In this document: positions 47,349 through 58,338 of the stretch, piece after piece | Numbering within the stretch: position 1 is the stretch's first letter | Layout of the letters: each line of letters starts with the position of its first letter | NCBI GenBank assembly: GCA_013239625.1 | Contig: MU054323.1 | Location: 5,507,220-5,571,219 of the forward strand | DNA from: Lama guanicoe | Taxonomy: Eukaryota | DNA: 64,000 nt | Reading direction: 5' to 3' | Notes under the pieces: model-generated | Told to the model about the DNA's origin: nothing | What the model saw: the letters and a program-made list of their open reading frames with translations, nothing else | The model's database searches: none | Program-made: the position numbers and the translations under genes

Positions 47349-49779
47349 GCCCTGAGTTTACAATCCTACAATTACTGCTGGTTTGAGTACTCAAGGGAAA
47401 TTGCAAAGAGGAAGTAAGATGAGACTGTGAGCCAGCGTTTGTATAGTCAGAAAGGGAATTAATGATGGGGATGGAAGACGTCACTGGACAGGAGGAAATT
47501 AGGAGGAAAGGCAAGGGAAGTGTTAATAAGATTGGAGTTCTTGGGCTTCCCTAGTTAGAAGATGCCCAGACCTCCAGCCCCACCGACTTCCATGCTGAGT
47601 GTGGGGTCACCTGAGCCTTTCAATGAAGCCTCCATCCTGCGTGCAGCCTGATTAGATTGAAGTGAACCGTTGCAGCTTTAAAAGTTGCACGGTATTAAGG
47701 ATGGATATATAGCTGATGTTCTGAGCTCTTCATTTAGCATTTTTTTCCAGCCCTAAGTTAAACACATACACACATACAACGCTGCCACTATGTTCTGAGT
47801 TAAATTCTGCTCACGTCTGAGTGCCCACATATCTCACATTACCCTTAATGTAAGCTCCCCGCACACGCAGTGGAGAGAGAGTAGGTCTCAGAGCCCTCAG
47901 TTCCCAGAGCAGCTCCCGAGTTTATGCAGAGTCAGAATCACAGTCGATTGAAGGATGGTTTTCAGTCTCTTCCAGAGTTCAGGCAGCCCACGTGGATTTC
48001 TGATGTGGCAGCTGCAGAACCTAAAGCTTGCTCATTTTCAAGCAAAGTTTTTATTTTCTCTGGTTTCAACAGGTTGCTGTGCAGAGGATCTACTCAGGAC
48101 GTGACATTTTCTCAGCTTGCTTCACAACAGGGAAGGCAGACTCTCAAAACCCACCAAAAGGGTTTTCTAGGTCAGTAGGAGAAAAGAGTCGTTCAGAAGC
48201 CTGGCACTGGCCCCTCTCCAGCCCCGCTGGAGAGGCTCGTGGGGAGCTGTTTGGAGGAGGGAGAGGATTGCCTTCTGGCTGCTTGGCATCAGGTAGGAGA
48301 GCTGGGCCAGAGAGAGGCTCAGATCCCACGCAGAATGTGGGTCCTCCAGAGCCGGGGGGGGGGCGGCACCTCAGGAAAGGAGGCTCGAGCTTCACGTCCA
48401 CCCCCAAAAAGAGCAGACCTTGCTTACTTCCCCCACTTTCTAGAAAATGCCCAATGCAAACCTGAGATCTGTCAACTTTCATCAGTTTGTGAGACACATC
48501 TGTTCATTTCTGCCAAAAGAAATGGGAATCTCTGAGAGGGAAAATAAACAAAGCCACATGTAGAGCATCTTGAGTACCTTGCATCTTTTAGAAGAGCTGT
48601 TGATGATTTGTATATTTAAGTGCTTGCTGCACCTCTCACGTAGGTGTCAGCAAACACCCAGCTCTCCAATGGCTAAGGGCTCCTTCTGCGCATAGGACAG
48701 GGGCTTTCCTTCTCTTTGGCAGCCAGACAGCTCAAAGCTCTCCTTCAGGACTCACTTAAAAAAGCTATTTTCATCCTAGGTTTCTGGGATATATTTCTCC
48801 TTATCACCACCACCTATCAAATGACATTTGATCATTAATTGCCTTTTAATGAATCCATTGCAACCACATCTCTTATTGTAAGCTGACTCAAATCCTCTTT
48901 GGAAATAGCTGGTTATAAATAATAAACACCATCTTTAAGATAGACTAGGCAGAAGGACCCAGGCTTGGAGGAAGAACCCTGCTGGTGACTATATACAGCA
49001 GTTTGGAGCAAGAAGGAAACATCTAGTTCAATGTCTCATTCCTCCGATGGGAACACTGGGGTCAAAAAAGGGAGTGAGACTTGCCCCAAGTCACACAGCC
49101 CATCAGTGGACAAATGGATTGAAACAGAAGACACCTGATGGCAACATAGTTCGCTTTCCCTCACAGTCACCGATTCAGACACATTTGGACACGTGGGGCT
49201 CCGGCCACCTCGACAGGTTCTGCCACAGCCACACCTCCTGCATTCGGTGAGACTGAGCAACAGGAGTTTCTCCTTTTCCCTTTGACCCTATTTGCATTTT
49301 CTGCAGCCCTTGCTTAGACCGTAACGGAGTCTGCCTTGCTTCTGAGGGTTGCTATTCAGGGATGGGGGACGGCATCATCAGACGGTGCTGGACATGTGCT
49401 GGCTGCAGACATGCCGTGGCCTCAGCATTTTCCAAGAAAACACACAGGACATAATTAAGCATCGAGAGGACACCCTGATGCCCTGCAGCAATGTGCAAAA
49501 TACACTGTTTGTCCCCAAAGTCCCAAATTTCTTGTGTCAAGCTTCTTTCCTCCCACTCTGCAAGCAACACTTTGGGAAAAGCACAGATTTCTCTTGAGAT
49601 TTTGTTGTTCTGCTTGTTCTCAGCTTGAAGTGACAATTCCTTGAGTGAAGAGCCTGTGGCTGCCATGGAAGTAAGGAGACAGAGAGCAAGCGTGAACCTG
49701 ATGACCAGGAACAAGGACCATGAACCTTCTATGAACCGTGGCGTGTCCCCACCTGATACCCTGCAAGGCGCCCCACCCC

Positions 49780-49990
49780 CACACCCTCACAAGATCTGGT
49801 CCACAAGGCCCTCCCTGGCCGGTCCCTGCCTACCTCTCCAGCCTCAGCCCATCACATCTCTGCCTCCCCTTCACCCCATGTGCCAGAAACACTCAGCTGC
49901 TTGTAGCTTCCCAGGCACACGGAGCCTGGTCTTGACCCTGGACCTCTGCTCATGCAGCCCCTTCTGCCTTCCCTCCATCCTTCCACTCCT
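49780..49990 (+). mobile_element. L2 fragment
   Basis: 'caaggccctccctggccggtccctgcctacctctccagcctca...ggacctctgctcatgcagccccttctgcct'. Confidence 0.65.
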
Positions 49991-51236
49991 CCCTTCTCCC
50001 CACACTGGGCCCTTCCTCTCTTACCCATGTGGCTTGATTTGTTTTCCTTCTTGCAGTCTAATATTATTCCAACTATTAGAAAGATCCGTTTCATCCTAGA
50101 ACTCTTCATCTTCCCCTCAAAGCTCAGGAGTTCCAGCAAGTATCTAAAGGGTTGACTCTTTCCTATAGGTCATGTACCTTGGAGTCACTTCACGGAGCTC
50201 TGGTTTTCAGGGTCATGTCCTCTGTGGTCAGAGGGGATGCTCCCCAGCAGGGGAGCTAATTAAATCCTGCATCAGCCTCAGGGGTTTGAGCTTCTGGTCC
50301 TCTTTTTCCACAACCACAGTGATCAGTAAAAGCACCTTTATTTCTCTTCCTTAGGAAATATCCCATGACCCTTAGTGTATGCTTCTCTCTCCTTCACCCT
50401 AAGAAATTTGGAGCCTCTTAAAGTTCCCAAGGGGTCAGTTGGTCATGGCAATACTCATGTGTATAAGGCAGAACTCAGGAGACCCCAGGACCTCTCTAAG
50501 TGTTAAGATGAGTAAACATGAGCAGGCAGGACATGACCCAGACATTTCCATGGACTGAGTCAAATTTCAAGAGTTACACTTTGTTCAGATGAGCTTCACA
50601 TGAGTCATCTGAGAAGTGTTTATTTAAAAATGCTTTGGCATAACTCTTTATATAATTATAGAATCACAGGCTGCTAGAACTCGTGCAAGATCTTCAATCC
50701 ACACAGGTTTTTCAGATAGGGTGACCAGGGCCAAGAGGGGGAAATCAGGGAACTCAAGTTTCTTCATGAGGACCGCATCCTCTGTCCCACATCCCCACCT
50801 ACAGCCACCTCATCCAAGGACCTGGCCTTCATCCATAGGCCCCTAAATTACACACAGGGAAGGAATCTCTGCCCCTGCCATGAGCTCAGAGAGCAGCCTC
50901 CCATCTCCCAACATCAACAGCAAAATCTCCCTCCTCTCCCCAGGCGACTAGGGCATCATGTTGGCTGAAGGTTCTTGTCTCCATTCTTTCTTTGTCTTTG
51001 AGCCCATCTCCAGGAGCAAGACACAATGAGAAGGTTCTCGGGATCTTCCCTCTGCTGGCGGAACATCTCTTATAAATAGAATGTTCTCTGGGATTAAAGG
51101 TCCATCGTGTACAGCAGTTCAGAAGCTTTCATAGTTCAACACAAGTTCCAGACCTGCTTCCCTTCATATGTAGCTATCTCCCAACCTTGAGTTCTCGAGC
51201 CTCACTATGACTTCCCAGGGACTCAGAACTTCTTAA

Positions 51237-52318
51237 GACTATCTTTTAAAGTAGTTTTAGGTTCATAGCAAAATTTAGAGGAAGGTACAGAGACTTCCCA
51301 TATACCCCTGCCCCCACACATACACTGCTTCCCTCATTATCAACACCCCTCATCAGAGTGATACATTTGTTACAACTGATGAACCTACATTCACATCATC
51401 ATCCAAAGTCTACAGTTTACGTTAGGGCTCACTCTTGGTGTTGTGCCTTCTATGGGTTTGGACAAATACGTAGTGACATGTACCTACGGTTATACTATTA
51501 TATTGAGTGTTTTGGCTCTCCTAAAAATGCTCTGGGTTCTGCCTATTCATTCCTCCACCTCCCAATTCCTTGCAGCCAGTGATCTTTTTTTACTATCTTC
51601 ATAGTTTTGCTTTTCCAGACTGTCATATAATCGGAATTATACAGTACGTAGCCTTTTTCGATTGGCTTCTTTCACTTAATATGTATTTAAGATTCTCTCA
51701 TGTCTTTTCATGGCTTGATAGCTCATGTATTTTTAGTGCTGAATAATATTCAACTGTCTGGATGTACCAGTTCATTTATCCACTCACCTACTGAAGGACA
51801 TGGTGGTTACTTCCAAGTTTTGGCAATTATGAACAAAGCTACTATAGACATCCATGTGCAGGTTTTTGTGGGACATAAGTTTGCATGTCCTTTGGGTAAA
51901 TACCAAAGAGTGCAACTGCTGGATCCTATGATAAGACTGTGTTTAGTTTTGCAAGAAACTGCTGAAGTGTCTTCCCAAGTGGCTGTACAATTTTGCGCTC
52001 CCACCAGCAATGAATGAGAGTTCCTGTTGCTCTGCATTCTCCCCAGTACTTGGTGTTGTCAGTGCTCTAGATTTTGATGATTCTAAACGGTGGGTAGTGG
52101 TATCTCATTGTTGTTTCAATTTCCATTTCCCTGATGACCTATAATGTGGAGCATCTCTTCTTGTGTTTATTTACCGTCTGTGTATCTTTCTTGGTGAGGT
52201 GTTTGTTAAATAAAGCCTTTGGCCCATTTTTTATTTAGGTTGTTTTCTTATTGTTGCATTTTAAGAGTTCTCTGTATATTTTGGATGACAGTCCTTTATC
52301 AGGGGTGTCTTTTGTGAC
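51237..52318 (-). mobile_element. L1MC1/2-like LINE-1 3' end
   Basis: 'agttttaggttcatagcaaaatt...ggtacagagacttcccatatacccctgccccc', 'tacatttgttacaactgatgaacctaca'. The minus-strand ORF 51807-52037 gives a decayed ORF2 C-terminal peptide (KTCTWMSIVALFIIAKTWK). Confidence 0.9.
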
Positions 52319-52713
52319 CCAGAACTTTTGATTCTATAGTTCAGAAATAGTTAAGGCCCCTGGGATAGACCAGAGCTTTAGTGCTCAGATTTGATATTCC
52401 CCCAAAGAGATAGGTCTGAACCCAATGGAACCCCAGAGAGGACTCTGACATGAGGAGTTTGATGAGTGACTCTGTTCCTATTGAGGAAAGGCAGTCCATT
52501 CTTAGCAGGCAACATCACTGAGACTTTAGGGAGTCAGACATGTGCAGTCCCCAGATACCTACAGGGCATTCACTATGATCCAGGTCCTAAATCTAACCAT
52601 AGGCACAGGCATCGTTGGTAGGAGCAGCAGTAATGTCTAACATCTTTGAGCACCAGTCCTTTCTGTGAAATATTTCATTTCATCCCCCAAATAATCTTAT
52701 GAGGTAGTATGAT

Positions 52714-52782
52714 TGTGGTAGGCTGAATAATGGACCCTAAAATGTCCACAGCTGAAACCGTGGAACATGTGAATATGTTACC
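52714..52782 (+). mobile_element. 5' fragment of an MLT1D-like LTR
   Basis: 'tgtggtaggctgaataatggacc...atgtccac...ggaacatgtgaatatgttacc'. Confidence 0.6.
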
Positions 52783-52844
52783 AAAGGAAAAATGCCATAA
52801 TTTCCTTTGTAGAAGAGTCCCTGTGAGATAAAATGATCAAGGTT

Positions 52845-53085
52845 TGCTGGTGGGAATGCAAAATGGTGCCGCCGCTGTGGAAAATAATTTAGTGGTTCCT
52901 CAAAAATCTCAACATAGAACTGTACAACCCAGTAGCTCTACTCCTAAGCTCATACCCCAAAGAAGTGAAAAAATAAAGTCCTGAAACAACCATCTGGACA
53001 GATGTGTTCAGAGCAGCACGATTAACAACAGTCAAAAGGTGGAAATAACTCAAATGCCCATCAACTGATAAATGGATAAATGAAT

Positions 53086-53117
<32 letters not shown>

Positions 53118-53330
53118 AGTGGAATTATTCAACCATAAAAAGAATAAGGTATCAATGCATGCTACAATATAGATGAATCTGGAAGACATTATGCTAATTT
53201 CATTTGGGAGCAATAAAAATGTTTTGAAACTAAACAGAGGTGGTGATTGCACAACACTGTGAATGCACTAAATGCCACTAATGATTAATTTTATATTATA
53301 TGAATTTTGCCTCAATAAAAAATAAAATAA
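52845..53330 (+). mobile_element. L1MB-like 3' fragment with internal deletion
   Basis: 'ttgctggtgggaatgcaaaatggtgc...gtggaaaataattt', 'caaatgcccatcaactgataaatggataaa', 'ttgcacaacactgtgaatgcactaaatgccact...cctcaataaaa'. Confidence 0.85.
53090..53117. repeat. (GT)14 microsatellite
   Basis: Read directly from the sequence. Confidence 0.95.
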
Positions 53331-54056
53331 AGAAATACTGCAAAAAGTTATCAAGGAGGGCTTTCTAGGAGATATAGAACTTAATCTGGGGTTTGAATGA
53401 TGACTGAGATTAGGCAGGATAGGAGGAGATAGGATAGTAAGCAAAAAAAGAGAATGATTTCCCTTTAATTTCACACAATAAACATTCTTGCAAACCTGCA
53501 AGTTCCTGCACAGTCCTCCCCGTGCTCACCGCACTTAATCCCTTCAAAAAACTCCACCCAGCTCTTAGAGATTCTGCAGGAATTACCAAGGGCATTCCAC
53601 ACATTTGCAGATGGTTTTATATAAATCGTGTGAAAAAGAAGACTTACTGGAGAGCAATGTGTGAATGTCAGAGAAACTGGGGCAAGTTCCAAGTGGCTCA
53701 GAAAGCCACGGAGCACCCCAGATTAGTCCAGGGCTTGCGGTCAGGAGAGCTGGGTGACTACACATCACGTGACCTGCCCTCCATTCCTGGAGGCACGCAG
53801 CCCACCCACCATGACCTACCTGGCCCTTCCCCAACACTACCTGCCCCCACCCCCTAGGATTCCTGTCAAGGGCACAGGGCAGGTGTCCCAGCAAAGCTGC
53901 AGGGGACTGGGGAGGGCTGTCTTCTATGAGAATAAAAAGAAGCCCAGCGTTTCTCAGTCATCAGTCACATGGCCTCAGAGGGAAAGGAAACACCAATGGC
54001 CTCCCTGCAGGGAAACGTCTGGATCCACCTTTCTTCAGGAAGCAGAAGCAGTTCAG

Positions 54057-54470
54057 TGGACCTAGAGATGGTCATATTAAGTGAGGTAAGTCAGCCAGAG
54101 GAAGACAAATACCATATGATATCACTTATATGTGGAATCTAAAAAAACAAAAACAAAAAAAAGGATACAAATTATATTTACAAACCAAAAACAGACATAG
54201 AAAACAAACTATGGTTACCAAAGGGGAAAGGGTGACGAGAGATAAATTAGGGGTTGGGTATTCACAGACACATGTCACTATATATAAAATAGATAAACAA
54301 CAAGGACCTACTGTATAACAGAGGGAACTACATTCAATTTTTTATAATAACCTATAATGAATGGGAAAGAATCTGAAAATAAAATATGTATCTGTGTAAC
54401 AGATCACTTTGCTGTACACCTGAAACTAACATTGAAAATCAACTACACTTCAATTTAAGAAAAAAAAAGA
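54057..54470 (+). mobile_element. Cetartiodactyl-type L1 3'UTR with poly(A)
   Basis: 'tggacctagagatggtcatattaagtgaggtaagtcag...gatatcacttatatgtggaatct...ataaacaacaaggacctactgtata...tgctgtacacctgaaactaac...acttcaatttaagaaaaaaaaa'. Confidence 0.9.
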
Positions 54471-55689
54471 CACTAAGGGGAAAAAAAGTATCCAAGAGCA
54501 AGTGAGTCTCGCTTTCATGCCTGCCCCTCCAGGGAAGGGTTTGAGGAGCTGCTCTGAGGAACTCTCAGAACAATCCATGTCTACACCCAGTTTTCTAACT
54601 TTGAGCTCCAAGTGACTTCCATGGGAGCTTCCCAGTGCTGTCTTAGGTCACACCAGGGTCCTCTGGTTCCTTCCCACAGGCCCAGCCATCAGTCACACAG
54701 CAGGACGGGAGGCTGGGTGGGGAGGAGTAATGAGATACATTCAATTCTGTTTACAAATTGCTTTCAGCCCTGTGGAGAGAGGTGCTACTAAATGCAAAGT
54801 GTTTGTGCCACACAGGGAGGATGTGTGTGACTGATAGCTTTGCCTGACACCCAGCGAGACTCAGGGCAACGCCACTGCCTCTGCCCGAGGCCCTTACTCC
54901 TTATGCAGAAACAGGGGGCCAGGCAATAGTGTCCATCTCTTCCCCAGGCAATTATATCATCCCATCCGAGCCCTGAGGTCTCTCCTCTGAACTCCTTCAA
55001 CCCTCCTTATTTGCATACTGGCTTGGGACAGTATGTTAGAGACAGCCTCCTTCATTACCTTTGTACAGGATTGCCCTTCACCTAGTACCAGCCTGGCAAT
55101 TCATCCAGGGGGGAGAGTCAGTCTTCTTCATCCTGAACTCTCATTGAACATGTCCTGGTACCTGCGCACATTTATGCTGGCTGACCAAATGTTGTGCATT
55201 TGTATTCTTGCTCCTGTGTCACCAATACTGCAGGCCTTATGACCTCAAGATTTATGCAGACAAGTATTAAAATTTTTAACATTTATTGCATGACTGTTGT
55301 TTGCTAAGCACTGTGCTGTGTGGACCATAGACACTTTCTTCAAACCTTATAACTGTCTGCAAAGCAAGTGTTCTATCCTCAGGGGACACTGAAGGGAAAT
55401 GCCATCTCTACATCCTCAGCTCTTCTCTCTCTGAGCCACGCCAACTAGATTCCACTCCTACTTCCCTGCTGCTCCACCAAAATTGCCTTTTCTGATGTTG
55501 CCTACAATCCGCATGATGCCAGATCCGATGGCTACTCTTTGGAGCTCATCTTGCTGGACCTCAGAAGCATCTGACCAGGTTGGCCACCCCTCCATTCTGA
55601 GACGTTCTGCTCTTAGCTTTCAGGACATCATGCTGCTGCTTTTCCATCTATCTCCTGACACCTCTGGCTACTGTGTCTCAGGCTCCACA

Positions 55690-55870
55690 TGGTTTAAAGA
55701 AGTTCTGGGGCCAGATTGCTGGGTTATTACCCTAAGCACCACCAACTACTAACTCTGATCTTGGATACTGAGTTTACTTCATAGGGTGGTTGTGAAAATA
55801 AATAAATTCATGCAGCACATTTAGAACCATGCCTAGCACCCTCAATAAACGCTAGCTCTTTGCATAATCA
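55690..55870 (+). mobile_element. MIR inserted in L2
   Basis: 'tctggggccagattgctgggtt...cttcatagggtggttgtgaaaataaataa...ttagaaccatgcctagcac...ctcaataaacgctagct'. Confidence 0.75.
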
Positions 55871-56661
55871 TTGGGATAATCCATTATTACACCATGTCTA
55901 CATTTTGAAGTTCACAGAGCCATTCTAGGTCCTTTTCTCATCTCACTCTCCCCTAAGGCAGCCTCATTCATCTCCACAATTTCCAAAGTCATCTGTCTGT
56001 TGGCATCTCCAAATTCATATCTCCGACCCAGATCTCATTTAAGCTCCAGACTCATTTATCCAATCGGTTACTTGACACATCCATTTGGATTTCACGCAGG
56101 CACCTCAATCGACACGTCTAAAACTGAACACCCCCCTTCCACTTTGCCTTCCTGCCTTTGTCTTCTTTATCACAGACAATGGCACCATCGTGCGCCAGTG
56201 ACTTTAAGAAATCAGAGGATCATCCCTGACACTTTTATTCCTCTCACCTCCCATGTTGAATTCATTGTCCCAAGCTTCCAATGTCACCTCCAAGGGATAT
56301 CTTAACTCTGCTTCCCTTTTCTACATTTCAATTGCCATCACCCTCCTCCAAGTTGCAGGTCTCCCTGTTTTATCTCTACCAACCCTACATTCCTTTACTC
56401 GCCTGCAACAATGAAGAAGCTATAGTGGTGGTGGTGGTGTCATTTTAATGTTTTAATGTAAGTCAGATCATGAAGCCAATCTCTGCATCAAACCCTCCAA
56501 TTGCTCTCCATTGTTCATAAGAGAAAATCAAATTCCTCCAAGTGACCCTCAAGGCTCTACAGTCTCTCCAGTGTCATCTTCCTCCCACCTTTCTGGCTGA
56601 TCCTACTCCCGCTGCACTGGGGCTGCCTCCTTCCTTCCTTCTGCAGGTGCTCCTTCGACAG

Positions 56662-57149
56662 CCTGCTTTCTTAGCCATTTCTGTGCTCTGAACTGCTCTG
56701 GCAGCCTGGTGAGGTCTCTGGAGCCCTGCTCACAATGTTTTTCAGTGTATGAAACAAAATGCATAGGATTATGAAGGGAACCAACTATATCAAAGTAAAG
56801 TTATCAAAATATTATTTTAAAAGGATATTTGTGACATACCGCTCTGGTGAGGGATTTTGGTAGTAGGGGAAGATGTGCGTATGAGGTGGGGGGCGAGGGG
56901 CAGAAGGTTTATGGGAAATCTCTATGGCTTCCACTCAGTTTTGCTGTGAACTTAAAGGTGTTCTAAAAAAAAATCTATTAAAAATATATATACTTGGGAT
57001 GTAGCAATAATATACATGCTTCTTTATCACGTTGTTAACTAATGAGATCCAGCAATGGGTCTAGTAACTACCATCATTTCATCATGATATAAGAGCTGCA
57101 ATTTCCATTGGTGACAAAGTCACGCACAGGCAGCCCTAACACTACTGTG
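56662..57149 (-). mobile_element. Charlie4-like hAT transposon (second copy), interrupted by L1
   Basis: Reverse-complement similarity to 26530-27320, e.g. 'aaaatgcataggattatgaagggaacca', 'tgcttctttat', 'tttccattggtgacaaagtcac', 'ctaacactactgtg'. Confidence 0.7.
56839..56989 (+). mobile_element. Short L1MC-like 3' end
   Basis: 'gctctggtgagggatttt...tatgggaaatctcta...cagttttgctgtgaacttaaa...ctaaaaaaaaatctatt'. Confidence 0.8.
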
Positions 57150-57763
57150 AAATGAGCCCAAATTCCCCTGCAGTTAAGAGCCTTGCTGTCCAAATCAAAC
57201 TCTCTCCCCTATTCTTTGACTAACTCCTACTTCCCCTTCAGCCCCAGAATTCCCTTCTTTGACCCCCCACAAACTGAGGACCCTCTTCTGTTACCCTCTC
57301 ATTCTATACCCCATTTATACATCTCAAAATTTATCTCACATTATAATCACATATATGTTTGCTTGCATGCTTAGTGTCTATGTCACTAGACTGAAAGCTC
57401 TGTGAGGGCGGGAACGATGCCTACTCTGGTCATTGATGGAGACAGAGAAGGGCATGATTCAATGAATGAAGGAATGAATCAGCTGCTCATAACTGCTTGG
57501 CAATGGAACACGGCTGTAATAAACCCATCCGTCTAACTCCAAAGGCTTTGTTCTTTCCCTATGTCACACTGAAACATGTTAAGAGATGACTTCTGCTGCA
57601 CACTCATATAATTTTTTTTCATCGTCTTCCACTGATCTCTCTGCTCAACAGAAAAGTTATTAATGGCAGCCTTCACCAAAAATGTTTATATTTCCAATGG
57701 GAGCTTTTGATGAAAAAATGGCCCAAAAATTGGATTCATGATTTTAAATTATTTTTGCGAAAA

Positions 57764-58338
57764 TGTAAAAACTACCACCCTGGCCTAAGGATAGTTTGAG
57801 CTGAAGGCACTTGAGAAAAAAGTAGACATGGGATGAGCTCTCTACAGTCCCCTTGTCTACCCGACCACAGGTCATAAATTCCCTCTGTAAAGGTGTCCTC
57901 TCCCGCCCACTTCTCACCCCAGGAAGGGAAGAACAACCTCATCACCAGAGAGGAGATGGCACCAAAAAGGAATCCACACAAACAAACCATACTAACTAGT
58001 CCTTCACTACCATTAATCAGTTTTCCTATTTGTTTGCCTTCTTACAGTTTGCTGACCCTAGAAGCTCAAAGTCCCCATCCTCTGTCTTGTCACCTCTCTC
58101 CCTTCTCTTTAAATTTAGCCTCCTTTCCCCAAGTGGTCTAAAAGCCTCCAAGCTTAGCTCTTTCTTTGGAAGTTTTCTTTTTATGAAGCTCTCCTGTGCC
58201 ACATAAAACTTTCAACATCAAATAAATTTGCATCTCTTTTCTCCTGTTAATCTGCCTGTTGCCAGTTTTTTGTTTGTCTGTTTCCACAGACCTAGCCAGA
58301 GAACAGAAGAGGGTAGAGGAAAATTTTTCTTTCCTACA
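57764..58338 (+). mobile_element. MER34-like ERV1 solo LTR
   Basis: 'taaggatagtttgagctgaaggcacttgag', 'cataaattccc', 'aataaatttgcatctcttttctcctgttaatctg', ending 'agggtagaggaaaatttttctttcctaca'. The 5' boundary is uncertain. Confidence 0.7.

Larger units (their letters stand above)
55410..57480 (+). mobile_element. Long fragmented L2 (RT region to 3' tail), split by MIR and Charlie/L1 insertions
   Basis: 'ctcatcttgctggacctc' (LILLDL, RT motif), 'ctccagactcatttatccaa', 'aaatcaaattcctc...caaggctctac', and tail 'cactagactgaaagctctgtgagggcggg...aatgaatgaaggaatgaat'. Confidence 0.75.

Noticed and set aside
49390..49416. p53/p63-like half-site pair GGACATGTGC-N7-AGACATGCCG
   Set aside because: Both half-sites are imperfect and the 7-bp spacer is unfavourable.
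51045..51058. Minus-strand CTCF-like CCAGCAGAGGGAAG
   Set aside because: It has a mismatch at the highly conserved C of the GGC core.
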